A stretch of DNA of 64,000 nt, taken from assembly GCA_965207375.1 (NCBI GenBank), contig OZ242274.1:352001-416000 (forward strand), read 5' to 3'. Source of the stretch: Nitrosopumilaceae archaeon. GTDB lineage: Archaea; Thermoproteota; Nitrososphaeria; Nitrososphaerales; Nitrosopumilaceae. The notes below the pieces were generated by a model that saw nothing but the letters and a program-made list of their open reading frames with translations, was not told the DNA's origin and did not search any database. Position numbers and translations under genes: made by a program. Shown piece by piece: positions 49,392 to 58,267 of the stretch; within the stretch, counting starts at the first letter, position 1, and each line of letters starts with the position of its first letter.

Positions 49392-50224
49392 TTTATCATC
49401 CTCTCTATTTTTTTAATATCTAAATTCGCTGAAACGATTTTTGCCAAGCAGTCTAGCTCTTTGTCGATTTTTTTGATGTTTTGTTTGGTCCATGCGATTT
49501 TTTTAGGATTCGCATTAAGAGAATCTTCTTCAGGTAGGATAATCTTTGTCATAGGAATGGTTCCTAGAACTGGAATTTTGGTAATCTGCTTTAATTTTTT
49601 AAAGCCCGGCTTTAGCACATCAATATCTCCACGAAACTTGTTGAAAACAAATCCTTTGATTAGATTTTGGTATTTTTTCTCAAGTAATGCCACAGTACCT
49701 GCCAGACTTGCAAAGGAGCCTCCTCGGTCAATGTCTGAAACTAGCAGAACAGATGCGGCTGCAATGTAAGCAATTTGCATGTTTGCAATGTCGTATTGTA
49801 TATTAATCTCTGCAGGGGAGCCTGCACCTTCCAATATTATCAAATCATATTGTTCTTTTAATTTAGACAGGGATTTAGTAGCTGCTCTTATGCCCAGAGT
49901 TCTTGTAAATTTTGCATAATAGTCTTTTGCATGCATTTTCTTGTAACGCTTGCCGTTTAGATAGACCATACTATAGTAATTTCCTAGAGGTTTGAGCATT
50001 ATAGGATTCAAGTCAGGTGTGATGCTACATCTTGCACCTATTGCCTGAATGGCCTGAGCACGAGATATCTCAAAGTCATCTGTACAATAACCAAAATTTG
50101 ACATGTTTTGTGACTTGTATGGTGCAACTTTGTATCCTCGGTCTGAGAATATTCGGCACAATGCTGCAACAAGCGTGGTTTTGCCTGCTCCTGAGGAGGT
50201 TCCCTGAACCATTAGAGATTTCAT
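49388..50224 (-). CDS. cobQ: Cobyric acid synthase, synthetase domain only
   Basis: QGTSSGAGKT, PYKSQNMS, EGAGSPAEIN, DIDRGG, NKFRGD and LPEEDS motifs; 278 aa. Confidence 0.9.
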   Translation of the reverse strand: MKSLMVQGTSSGAGKTTLVAALCRIFSDRGYKVAPYKSQNMSNFGYCTDDFEISRAQAIQAIGARCSITPDLNPIMLKPLGNYYSMVYLNGKRYKKMHAKDYYAKFTRTLGIRAATKSLSKLKEQYDLIILEGAGSPAEINIQYDIANMQIAYIAAASVLLVSDIDRGGSFASLAGTVALLEKKYQNLIKGFVFNKFRGDIDVLKPGFKKLKQITKIPVLGTIPMTKIILPEEDSLNANPKKIAWTKQNIKKIDKELDCLAKIVSANLDIKKIERMIK

Positions 50225-51300
50225 GCAGCTTTCTCCAGTGCACTGATTAGTTTTAGGTTATCCTTGTGAGTCCTCACTGCAATCCGGATATAGTGGTTGT
50301 TTAATCCTTGAAAGTTTTTGCAATCACGAATTAAAATTTTGTGTTTTAGCAGTTTTTTTTGAAGTTTTGTAGAATCCTGTTTTGTTTTGACTAGGATAAA
50401 GTTGGCAACAGAGTCATGACATTCAAATTCTGCAAATTCGTTGATTTTGTTTTTCAAAAAATTAGATTCTTTTTTTATGATGCTTTTAGATTTTTTCAGG
50501 TGGGTTTTGTTTTTAATTGCCAAGAGTCCTGCCTGTTGGGCCAAAGCATTAACACTCCAAGGAATTTTTGTTTTTTGCAGAATTGAAATTATCTGTTGTG
50601 ATGCTGCAGCATATCCTATTCTTATACCTGCTAGCCCAAAAGATTTTGTCAATGATCTAAGAACAAAAAGATTATCGTGTTTTTTTACGAGATTTAAAAT
50701 TGATTGATCAGAATCAGGAACTAGTTCTATAAAGCATTCATCAACAAATACAATGCAGGATTTTTTTCCCGCTGCCTGTATGATTCTTGCCAGTTGTTTT
50801 TTGCAAAGCATGGTTCCGGTTGGATTATTTGGATTGCATACAAAGACACAACCATTTTTTGGAATTTTCCGTATAAACGCCTCCAAGCTCTCGGCTATAT
50901 TCATTGACTGAAAATGTGAAATTTTACAAACAGCCAGCCGTGCTGCAGCCTCATACTCTCCAAAGGTGGGCGCCTGAATCAAAACCCTCTTTTTTGACAA
51001 AAAAGTATTGCAGAAATTATAGATTATCTCGATTGCACCGTTTCCTACAAGCAGATTAGATTCTGCAAGTTTTGTGTATTTTTTGAGGCCGTGCATCAAA
51101 TCAGAAGAATACAAATCAGGATAATTCTCCATTGTGTAAAGTTTTTGCCTCAAAGCAGTCTTGACACTCGATGGCATTCCTGCAGGAGATACATTTGAGC
51201 TAAAGTCAATGGTATCTGGATCACAGTTATGTACAGAGTATGGTCCACCATGGGCAACAGGATTATGAGTTAGAATACTAGGCTTGACTCTTATTTTCAC
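50221..51300 (-). CDS. cobD: Threonine-phosphate decarboxylase (PLP)
   Basis: HGG, DFSSNVSP, GNGA, NPNNPTG and RSLTKSFGLAGIRIGY motifs; cob operon context. Confidence 0.85.
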   Translation of the reverse strand: MKIRVKPSILTHNPVAHGGPYSVHNCDPDTIDFSSNVSPAGMPSSVKTALRQKLYTMENYPDLYSSDLMHGLKKYTKLAESNLLVGNGAIEIIYNFCNTFLSKKRVLIQAPTFGEYEAAARLAVCKISHFQSMNIAESLEAFIRKIPKNGCVFVCNPNNPTGTMLCKKQLARIIQAAGKKSCIVFVDECFIELVPDSDQSILNLVKKHDNLFVLRSLTKSFGLAGIRIGYAAASQQIISILQKTKIPWSVNALAQQAGLLAIKNKTHLKKSKSIIKKESNFLKNKINEFAEFECHDSVANFILVKTKQDSTKLQKKLLKHKILIRDCKNFQGLNNHYIRIAVRTHKDNLKLISALEKAA

Positions 51301-51480
51301 AGTATCAGATAGGAATAGACAATATAGTATCTTTTGGTGAATCGTAAGAGGCTAGGTTCACTGTTTCCTGTATATCTGATTCTAGGCACGGATGACACAA
51401 AGTTGTCACGCCGGAGCTAGTCTCTTGCTTTCTAAATCCTGAAAAACGATTATTAATTGAATCCTAGATTACAGTAAATT

Positions 51481-52557
51481 GTGGAGAAAAAAAGAGTAGC
51501 AATAATAGGCGTAACGGGTTCTGTAGGACAAGAATTTGTGCAATCACTAGAGAATCACCCATGGTTTGAGGTAACTCAGATTGCAGCATCTGAGCGTTCT
51601 GCAGGAAAAAACTATCTAGATGCAATCAGAGATACAGGTGGAATTATCATGTGGAATGTAGGAGGTCAAATCCCAGAATATATCAAATCAATGAACGTCA
51701 GGATAGTTGATGAACTTGACCCATCACAGCTGGACCTAGTATTTTCTGCAGTGGAATCTGTGGCAGCACGTGACATTGAGACCAAAATGGCTGCACATCT
51801 GCCAGTAATTTCAACTAGTTCTGCCTACAGATATGAAGATGACGTTCCAATTTTAATTCCAGGAATTAATGATGAACAGTCTGAATTATTGGAAACTCAA
51901 AAGAAAAACCGCAACTGGAAGGGTTGGGTTGCACCACTGCCTAACTGCACTACTACAGGATTGGCAATTACTCTAAAGCCATTACTTGAAAAATATGGTG
52001 CAAAAAAGGTAATGATGACCTCAATGCAAGCAATTTCAGGAGGAGGAAAGTCAGGAGTATCTGCAATGGGAATTACAGACAATATATTGCCGTTTATTCC
52101 AAAGGAGGAAGGCAAGGTAAAACTAGAAACAAGAAAAATCCTAGGCAAGTTAAAGGATGGCAAGATACAGGATGCAGACATAAGAGTCAGCTGTACATGT
52201 ACCAGAGTACCCGTAATTGACGGACATACCGAATCAGTCTTTGTCGAAACCGAACAGGAAATTGATCCTGCAAAGGCAAAGGAGTTGTACAATAATTACA
52301 ACAAAGAAATCTCAGTTGAGGGTTTGCCTTCTGCTCCAAAAGAATACTATGCGTTTCATGAGGATCCAACTAGGCCTCAACCAAGAATGGAGCGCGAGGT
52401 AGGTGATGGTATGACTACAACAATTGGCAGGGTTGAAAAGGAAGAGTTATTTGATAACGGACTAAAGTACATGTTGTTTTCTCATAACAAAAAGATGGGC
52501 TCTGCAAAGGGTGCAGTTTTGCTAGCAGAGATGCTATACAAAAAAGGCAAAATCTAG
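51481..52557 (+). CDS. asd: Aspartate-semialdehyde dehydrogenase
   Basis: GVTGSVGQ, PNCTT, MQAISGGG, RVPVIDGH, PQPR and HN..G motifs. Confidence 0.93.
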   Translation: MEKKRVAIIGVTGSVGQEFVQSLENHPWFEVTQIAASERSAGKNYLDAIRDTGGIIMWNVGGQIPEYIKSMNVRIVDELDPSQLDLVFSAVESVAARDIETKMAAHLPVISTSSAYRYEDDVPILIPGINDEQSELLETQKKNRNWKGWVAPLPNCTTTGLAITLKPLLEKYGAKKVMMTSMQAISGGGKSGVSAMGITDNILPFIPKEEGKVKLETRKILGKLKDGKIQDADIRVSCTCTRVPVIDGHTESVFVETEQEIDPAKAKELYNNYNKEISVEGLPSAPKEYYAFHEDPTRPQPRMEREVGDGMTTTIGRVEKEELFDNGLKYMLFSHNKKMGSAKGAVLLAEMLYKKGKI

Positions 52558-52790
52558 AGACTCTGGCAAACTCTTGTTTTAGAGTTTTGCAGAATCACCT
52601 CTAAATTCATGTTCAATTGAGATTGTATGAAAATCAGACACGTATAATTTTAAAAAATGCAGGCAGCAAACAGTACAAGACGAATTGTACGGACAATACT
52701 AGATTTTAGCTATATTTTAGTGGATTTTTGTAATTTTTACAATAGTAAACTTATAAGTTCTAAAAATCTATATGGGATCGATAGTTTAGC

Positions 52791-53255
52791 ATGGCAAGAG
52801 TCGACGATCTAGATTTGATGATTTTATCAGAACTTAGCAATGATGCTTCAATTTCTGTTCCGAAACTATCTAAAAAAATCAAGGTAAATTCCTCAGTTGT
52901 ATATTCTAGAATAAAGAGACTAATCAAACGAAAACTAATTGAGCGTTTCACTATTGTCGTAAATGATTTGGAGTTAGGCTATGCTGTAAAGTCACTGACC
53001 GGAGTCAACGTGGACTCGAAAAAGCGTGACAGTATCATTGAGGAATTATTCAGCATAGAAGGTGTTCGCGAAATTGCCGAGGTTACAGGAAGGTTTGATA
53101 TTTTGGTTACAATGTATGCCAAAAGTCTAGATGAGATGCACGGATTGGTGTCTGAAAAAATTGGGAGGATTGATGGAATATTGTCTTCTGAGAGTTTTAT
53201 TGAAATGAAAACCCGTGAAAAGGTAATGCCTTACATGCCCTCAAAGGAGAAATAG
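52791..53255 (+). CDS. Lrp/AsnC-family transcriptional regulator
   Basis: VDDLDLMIL..L, RIKRL and EVTGRFD motifs. Confidence 0.92.
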   Translation: MARVDDLDLMILSELSNDASISVPKLSKKIKVNSSVVYSRIKRLIKRKLIERFTIVVNDLELGYAVKSLTGVNVDSKKRDSIIEELFSIEGVREIAEVTGRFDILVTMYAKSLDEMHGLVSEKIGRIDGILSSESFIEMKTREKVMPYMPSKEK

Positions 53256-53258
53256 ATT

Positions 53259-54191
53259 TTGCAGAAACAAAAAACACAATCACGTGTTTCAGTATACTAT
53301 GAACTAACAAAGCCCAAGATTTGGTATCTTTTGGTATTTACCGCATTTGGGGCCACATTGACTGCCTCCAACATTTACGACATAGAGGTGTCTTTGGCCA
53401 CATGGGCCCTGATGTTGTTTTCTGTGGCTGCAGGTTCTGCTGCTGCAAATACACTGACAAACTATCACGACAGAGACATTGATGCCATAATGGAGAGAAC
53501 CAAAGACCGTCCCCTTCCCTCAAAGAGAATATTTCCAGCTACGAAGGGACGAAACTTTGGATATGTTCTGGCAGCGGCGTCTTTGGTTTTAGCATATAGT
53601 ATTTCATTTACCACCACAGTAGAGCAGGGCCTATGGGCTACTGCCTTTATCGCATTTGGCCTTTTCAACAATATCGTAATCTATTCGTATGTTCTAAAAA
53701 GAAACTCGCGAACCAATATTATTTTAGGTGGTTTATGTGGAGGCTCTCCTCCTTTGATCGGATGGGTGGCAGTAACTGTAACTGATTTGTGGACCATGGG
53801 ACTAGTCATGGCAGGTCTTGTGTTTATCTGGATTCCTCTGCACATTTGGAGTTTAACGATGCACTTTAAGGAGGATTACAACAAGGTAAACGTTCCAATG
53901 CTGACAGCAGTCCAGTCTGAAAAGACCTCAGCTAGGATAGTTGCAGCATCTACTGTGGCAATGGTGCTGTTTAGTATAGTTCCATTCTTTTTGAGCGCAG
54001 ATGACGGCCTGCCAATGACTGGATTGATTTATCTGGCAACAGCAATTGCATCAGGTGCCCTGATGATTGCCTTATCTGCCTGGGTCGTAGCAAAGCCTAC
54101 TGAGAGGGCATCATGGACACTATTCAAATTCTCTAGTCCCTACTTGGCAGTGCTGTTTATTGCATTAATGGTAGATGCAGGCTTTAGATGA
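53259..54191 (+). CDS. ctaB: Heme o synthase (protoheme IX farnesyltransferase)
   Basis: LTKPKI, DRDIDAIMERTKDRPLP, WIPLH and DY..VNVPML motifs. Confidence 0.93.
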   Translation: MQKQKTQSRVSVYYELTKPKIWYLLVFTAFGATLTASNIYDIEVSLATWALMLFSVAAGSAAANTLTNYHDRDIDAIMERTKDRPLPSKRIFPATKGRNFGYVLAAASLVLAYSISFTTTVEQGLWATAFIAFGLFNNIVIYSYVLKRNSRTNIILGGLCGGSPPLIGWVAVTVTDLWTMGLVMAGLVFIWIPLHIWSLTMHFKEDYNKVNVPMLTAVQSEKTSARIVAASTVAMVLFSIVPFFLSADDGLPMTGLIYLATAIASGALMIALSAWVVAKPTERASWTLFKFSSPYLAVLFIALMVDAGFR

Positions 54192-54580
54192 TTGAATCAA
54201 TTTTTGACAAAGTAGCTAGACTGAATCTGGATTTGCGAAGCACTGTAATTTTGATACAGGCAGAAGTAGAGTATCACGTAAATCAAATAATGCTTAAAAA
54301 ATTCAGAACCGATTCATTTGAATCCCAGCGTATGAATTCAAAGATAATTGCACTATACGATACGGGAATAATTGACGGCACCTTGCGACAGGATTTAATC
54401 CAAATTGCCCGAATCAGACACATGTTTGCACATAATTTGACCGTAAAGGAGACCGAATTTGTAGCCATGCTCAAAAAAATCAAGAGAAAAAAAGATTCAG
54501 GTTCTACGCCGCGTGCAAAATTTCTAGCAGCGGTAAAACACAGCTATGAACTAATTAAGGAAAAAAATGCTGGTATGTAA
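54188..54580 (+). CDS. Hypothetical protein, MltR/HEPN-like (IRHMFAH)
   Basis: KIIALYDTGII...IARIRHMFAH contains an R-x4-H motif. Confidence 0.6.
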   Translation: MIESIFDKVARLNLDLRSTVILIQAEVEYHVNQIMLKKFRTDSFESQRMNSKIIALYDTGIIDGTLRQDLIQIARIRHMFAHNLTVKETEFVAMLKKIKRKKDSGSTPRAKFLAAVKHSYELIKEKNAGM

Positions 54581-54581
54581 T

Positions 54582-54878
54582 ATGGGATTTTTCTCAAACT
54601 TCAAAAAGAAAGTAGAGGATGCCAAGAAGGAGAAGATGGCACAGATTAATGGAGGACATCTCAAAAAATTATTGAAAAAATTTGCACAAGAGCGAGATAG
54701 AATAGAGAAAGAGACAGGAAAGAGACCTCAAATTGATGAATACACGCAGATGTATATGCAAAAGGTGCTAAACGTCTGGATTGAACAGGGGTTAAAAATA
54801 GATGAGGAAAAATTCTGGCACGAGGTGGACTATAATCGGCAGTTTGATCATCCCGTACAATACTATGAGCAAAGCTAA
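54582..54878 (+). CDS. Hypothetical protein
   Basis: MGFFSNFKKK start; charged helical ORF. Confidence 0.7.
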   Translation: MGFFSNFKKKVEDAKKEKMAQINGGHLKKLLKKFAQERDRIEKETGKRPQIDEYTQMYMQKVLNVWIEQGLKIDEEKFWHEVDYNRQFDHPVQYYEQS

Positions 54879-55145
54879 AAAAAATCTGTTTGAGGAAAGT
54901 ATTTTTCCTGTAAATTCGAGAATTAGCCCAATGACTGTCGTTGAAATTCAGACTAACATCAAGATCTTCTTTGGTAACAAGTTACAAAAAATCTTGCAGG
55001 CACAATTGACTTTATGCACAATTGACTAATTCGAAATAAAATTTTTGAATTTGAGGCTAAAAAATGAGCATTTTTAATTCAAAATTCAATTATGCATAAG
55101 ATCTAATGTAGAACACAGTCTTGACTATACATACCAAAAGAACTT

Positions 55146-55484
55146 ATGGTCAAAGAGCCATATGAGAAATACTTGACAAAATATCACAAAGCAGTAAGAG
55201 ACAAAATTCCAGAGATCATAAAAGAATCAGGGAAAAGCTGCACCGTAAAGACAATATCAGATGAAGAGTTTTTAGCAGAGCTTGAAAAAAAATTAGGCGA
55301 AGAGTTAAAAGAATATCTCGACAGCAAAGCCACAGAGGAGCTTGTAGATATAATGGAGGTAGTGTATAGGATTGCAGATTTGAGAGGCACAGATACAGAT
55401 TCATTAGAAAAGGCAAGAATTGAAAAAAATAAAATGCGTGGGGCATTTGAAAATAATCTGTTTTTAATAGATGTACAAGACTGA
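55146..55484 (+). CDS. MazG-like/PRA-PH nucleoside triphosphate pyrophosphohydrolase
   Basis: YHKAVRDKIPEII, KLGEELKEY, EELVDIMEV and K..RGAF motifs. Confidence 0.88.
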   Translation: MVKEPYEKYLTKYHKAVRDKIPEIIKESGKSCTVKTISDEEFLAELEKKLGEELKEYLDSKATEELVDIMEVVYRIADLRGTDTDSLEKARIEKNKMRGAFENNLFLIDVQD

Positions 55485-55727
55485 AATGACATCAAGTGAT
55501 TTTATTTAATCACGGTATAGATTACAAAAAGTCAGGCAGTTAATGAGAGATATCAGGAAATGACGACAGTGATTTTTGTAAAACACACATGAAGATGTAA
55601 AACATTATAGAAAGATCATGTAAAATGCAAGAGTTTGAATTTGCATATTGCTGACACAACTAAAAATGTGCCATAGTTTTTCTAATTTGTAAGCTTTACA
55701 GGTGATAGTTTGATCTAACAGTTTACA

Positions 55728-57125
55728 CTATGGCATGTTCTTTGTGTTAAACCCGTATTCCTGGCATACATTATAGTGGTGTTGTATCTCTGTTTCCCAA
55801 CCGCGTTTTGTGTCTATTATCTGCAAGGAATGATCCAATAATCGTATACGATTTCGGTACGTGGTATTTCGCCTGATAAGCTCATGTTGAAATTCTGTCT
55901 GCGCAAGCGAGTTGCTTTTTTTGGAGTTGCATTCTCTGCATGCTAGAACTAGATTCCATGCCTCATCCTCAAATATGTACGACCATGGCAGAAAATGATC
56001 AACATCTATGTATCCTCGTTCTAGTCTGGTACAGCAATAAAAGCAGTGATCGGTGTGGTGCATGTAGGCGTTCATGTATTTTGACAGGCTTGTGCGTTTG
56101 ATTCGCTGATTGTCAATTTTTGCTACCAGTCTAGGCAAGGAGCCGTTTATTCGTTCAAGAAACTTTGACCATTCACAAAGAACCGCCATTGACAATATGG
56201 CATTGTTGTTCCTGAGAAATTCAAATGCTTTGGGCCTCAGGGTTAGAAATTTTTTGTTATCGTCATAATCGTAAAACACATCATTTAGCTCCGAGTATCT
56301 GCCCACCTTTATTTTCTGAAATCTTGGTACGACCAGAGACGTTTTTGATTTTTCATTACCAAAAACTTTTTTGAGTATGTCCTTTTGCACACGTACCTTT
56401 TTGTCTTGACTTGCATGTGTAAAGTCTACAGGTTGGGGGTCGGTAAACACCTTGCGAATTGCAGAGATGACCTTTGGAGTACTTTTTGTCTTAAAGTCCT
56501 GTTTTATTTTGAATCTGCACTCTTGATTCCAATAATATTGGAGAAATTTTTCTGCAAGATAGTCATAAGATACCACAAGTGCCGCCTCATTATCAAAGCG
56601 AGTATCCCTACAGTGTTCAAGCAATGCGCGAGCCAATGCAAACTTGTATGTATTGTCCTTGCGGCCTTGTGTAATAATTGATACAAACGTCTTTTTCAGA
56701 CTGTCATTAAACGACTGATTTGAGGATGGTTTTATTTTGAGGATATCTGTCATTACTGCAGGTTTTTGGACCGGTGTGCCAGGAGACTCGAGTCTAAAGA
56801 TTCCGATTCTCTTTGTGTCCTGCCAGTCTACTATGATTTTTTTTCTTCGCAGCTTTGCAATTTCCTGATCCACTGCATTGTAAAAATCAGCAGATGTTCT
56901 TTGTGGACCCCAATATTTTTTGTTCAGTTTCAGTTCAGATGCCACAAATACTATCAGATCCTGTCTTCTGTGCCAGACAGGCAGGTCATAATACGGCAGT
57001 ACAGGATTGTCTGCAATGTGTCTTTTGATCTGTCCTTCTAATTGAGGTATGGTTTGACCTCGGTTACTTAGGGCAGATAGTATGAATGGTCCGATATATT
57101 TGCGAATATCATTGACAGACATCAC
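55728..57125 (-). CDS. HNH endonuclease with N-terminal accessory domains
   Basis: NTYKFALARALLE and YYW; CFYC...DVDHFLPWS...WNLVLACRECNSKK. Confidence 0.9.
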   Translation of the reverse strand: MMSVNDIRKYIGPFILSALSNRGQTIPQLEGQIKRHIADNPVLPYYDLPVWHRRQDLIVFVASELKLNKKYWGPQRTSADFYNAVDQEIAKLRRKKIIVDWQDTKRIGIFRLESPGTPVQKPAVMTDILKIKPSSNQSFNDSLKKTFVSIITQGRKDNTYKFALARALLEHCRDTRFDNEAALVVSYDYLAEKFLQYYWNQECRFKIKQDFKTKSTPKVISAIRKVFTDPQPVDFTHASQDKKVRVQKDILKKVFGNEKSKTSLVVPRFQKIKVGRYSELNDVFYDYDDNKKFLTLRPKAFEFLRNNNAILSMAVLCEWSKFLERINGSLPRLVAKIDNQRIKRTSLSKYMNAYMHHTDHCFYCCTRLERGYIDVDHFLPWSYIFEDEAWNLVLACRECNSKKSNSLAQTEFQHELIRRNTTYRNRIRLLDHSLQIIDTKRGWETEIQHHYNVCQEYGFNTKNMP

Positions 57126-57271
57126 AATAGGATTAATTGGGATTTATTTTATCTTTGATGTGTCTGGATTCTAAATTATGCCAGATTTGGGTAGTGTATG
57201 TAACAAATTATTTTCTGGTCTTGGAGGCAGTACAGGGAAAATAGTATGAGATGATTTTGATGCATGTATGT

Positions 57272-57589
57272 TTATGATTCAGACAGATGAGAATTTTTTG
57301 CTGTGTTGTTGATTTTATCATTTATTAGCCTGAATAATTTTGCTAGTTTTGATAAAGCCAATTGTATTCTGATTTTATCAATGTCTTCAGTGTTTGTAAA
57401 ACGAAACTTTTGCTTGCGTGTTTGCTTTACGGATTCGCGCAAATCTTCAAGTTCTTGCATGCTCATAGAATCAACACCGTCAAAATATGGAATCAGTTTT
57501 GTATCGATTTTGTGTTCAAGTTTGACATACTCCATATTGCAAAGCTCCCAATATGATACTCCAATGTAGGGGATTTGCTCATCACTCAA
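57272..57589 (-). CDS. Hypothetical protein
   Basis: 105-aa ORF 1 bp downstream of the cupredoxin gene. Confidence 0.65.
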   Translation of the reverse strand: MSDEQIPYIGVSYWELCNMEYVKLEHKIDTKLIPYFDGVDSMSMQELEDLRESVKQTRKQKFRFTNTEDIDKIRIQLALSKLAKLFRLINDKINNTAKNSHLSES

Positions 57590-57590
57590 T

Positions 57591-58070
57591 CTATGATACT
57601 GTAATTGCTCCTGTCATCCAAGGATGTAGTATACAAAAGTAAGGATACACACCTGCGTACTCAAATGTGTGGGAATATACACTTCCTGGCTCGATAATTT
57701 TTGAATCAAATCCATTTGGATACTCAGTTCCTATGACTGAATTGTTCTCTGTAAGATTTCCTGTAGTGACAGTGTGTAGTGTATAATCATTAATCCAGTT
57801 AACCGTATGTCCTACACCAATGCTAACCTCTGTTGGTAGAAAACATTGACTAGTCGTCTCACATCCAGGAACATCTGAAACATTGGCTATGGTGACATTG
57901 ACACTAGTTGAATCTGGTTCATCCATAGTCTGAATTTTTTCCATGTTCAAAGTTGCTGTGTCTTTTGTAAAGTCTAGTATATTTCCTGCCTCGATATCTA
58001 CAAAAATCATAACTAAATTTATGGCTATCAAAAAACCCATTGCAGTAATTATGCCGATAATAAATTTCAT
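57591..58070 (-). CDS. Plastocyanin/azurin-type blue copper protein
   Basis: HTVT...FDS...YPYFCILHPWMTG; N-terminal TM helix. Confidence 0.92.
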   Translation of the reverse strand: MKFIIGIITAMGFLIAINLVMIFVDIEAGNILDFTKDTATLNMEKIQTMDEPDSTSVNVTIANVSDVPGCETTSQCFLPTEVSIGVGHTVNWINDYTLHTVTTGNLTENNSVIGTEYPNGFDSKIIEPGSVYSHTFEYAGVYPYFCILHPWMTGAITVS

Positions 58071-58267
58071 CTGATTTGGAATCTAGCCGTGGGGATTGAT
58101 AAAGCTTTTATTTTAGCGCCATCTCTGCCAATGACAATCACAATTACATCCTGGTCTGCATCTTACTCTTTTGCAGTCAGAGCAAACATTTGATCTCCAA
58201 ACAGGAGCTGTATTCATGATACCAGTATACAGAACTAGGCAATATGTTTAGCTTGAGGTGATGTACA

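Noticed and set aside
44775-51386. ATCTGATTCTAGG shared by two intergenic regions (44775-44787 inverted, 51374-51386)
   Set aside because: A single 13-bp match is expected by chance many times in 64 kb, and it does not extend convincingly
52566-52590. Inverted repeat after asd as an intrinsic terminator
   Set aside because: Short AT-rich stem; archaeal termination does not require hairpins; support is insufficient
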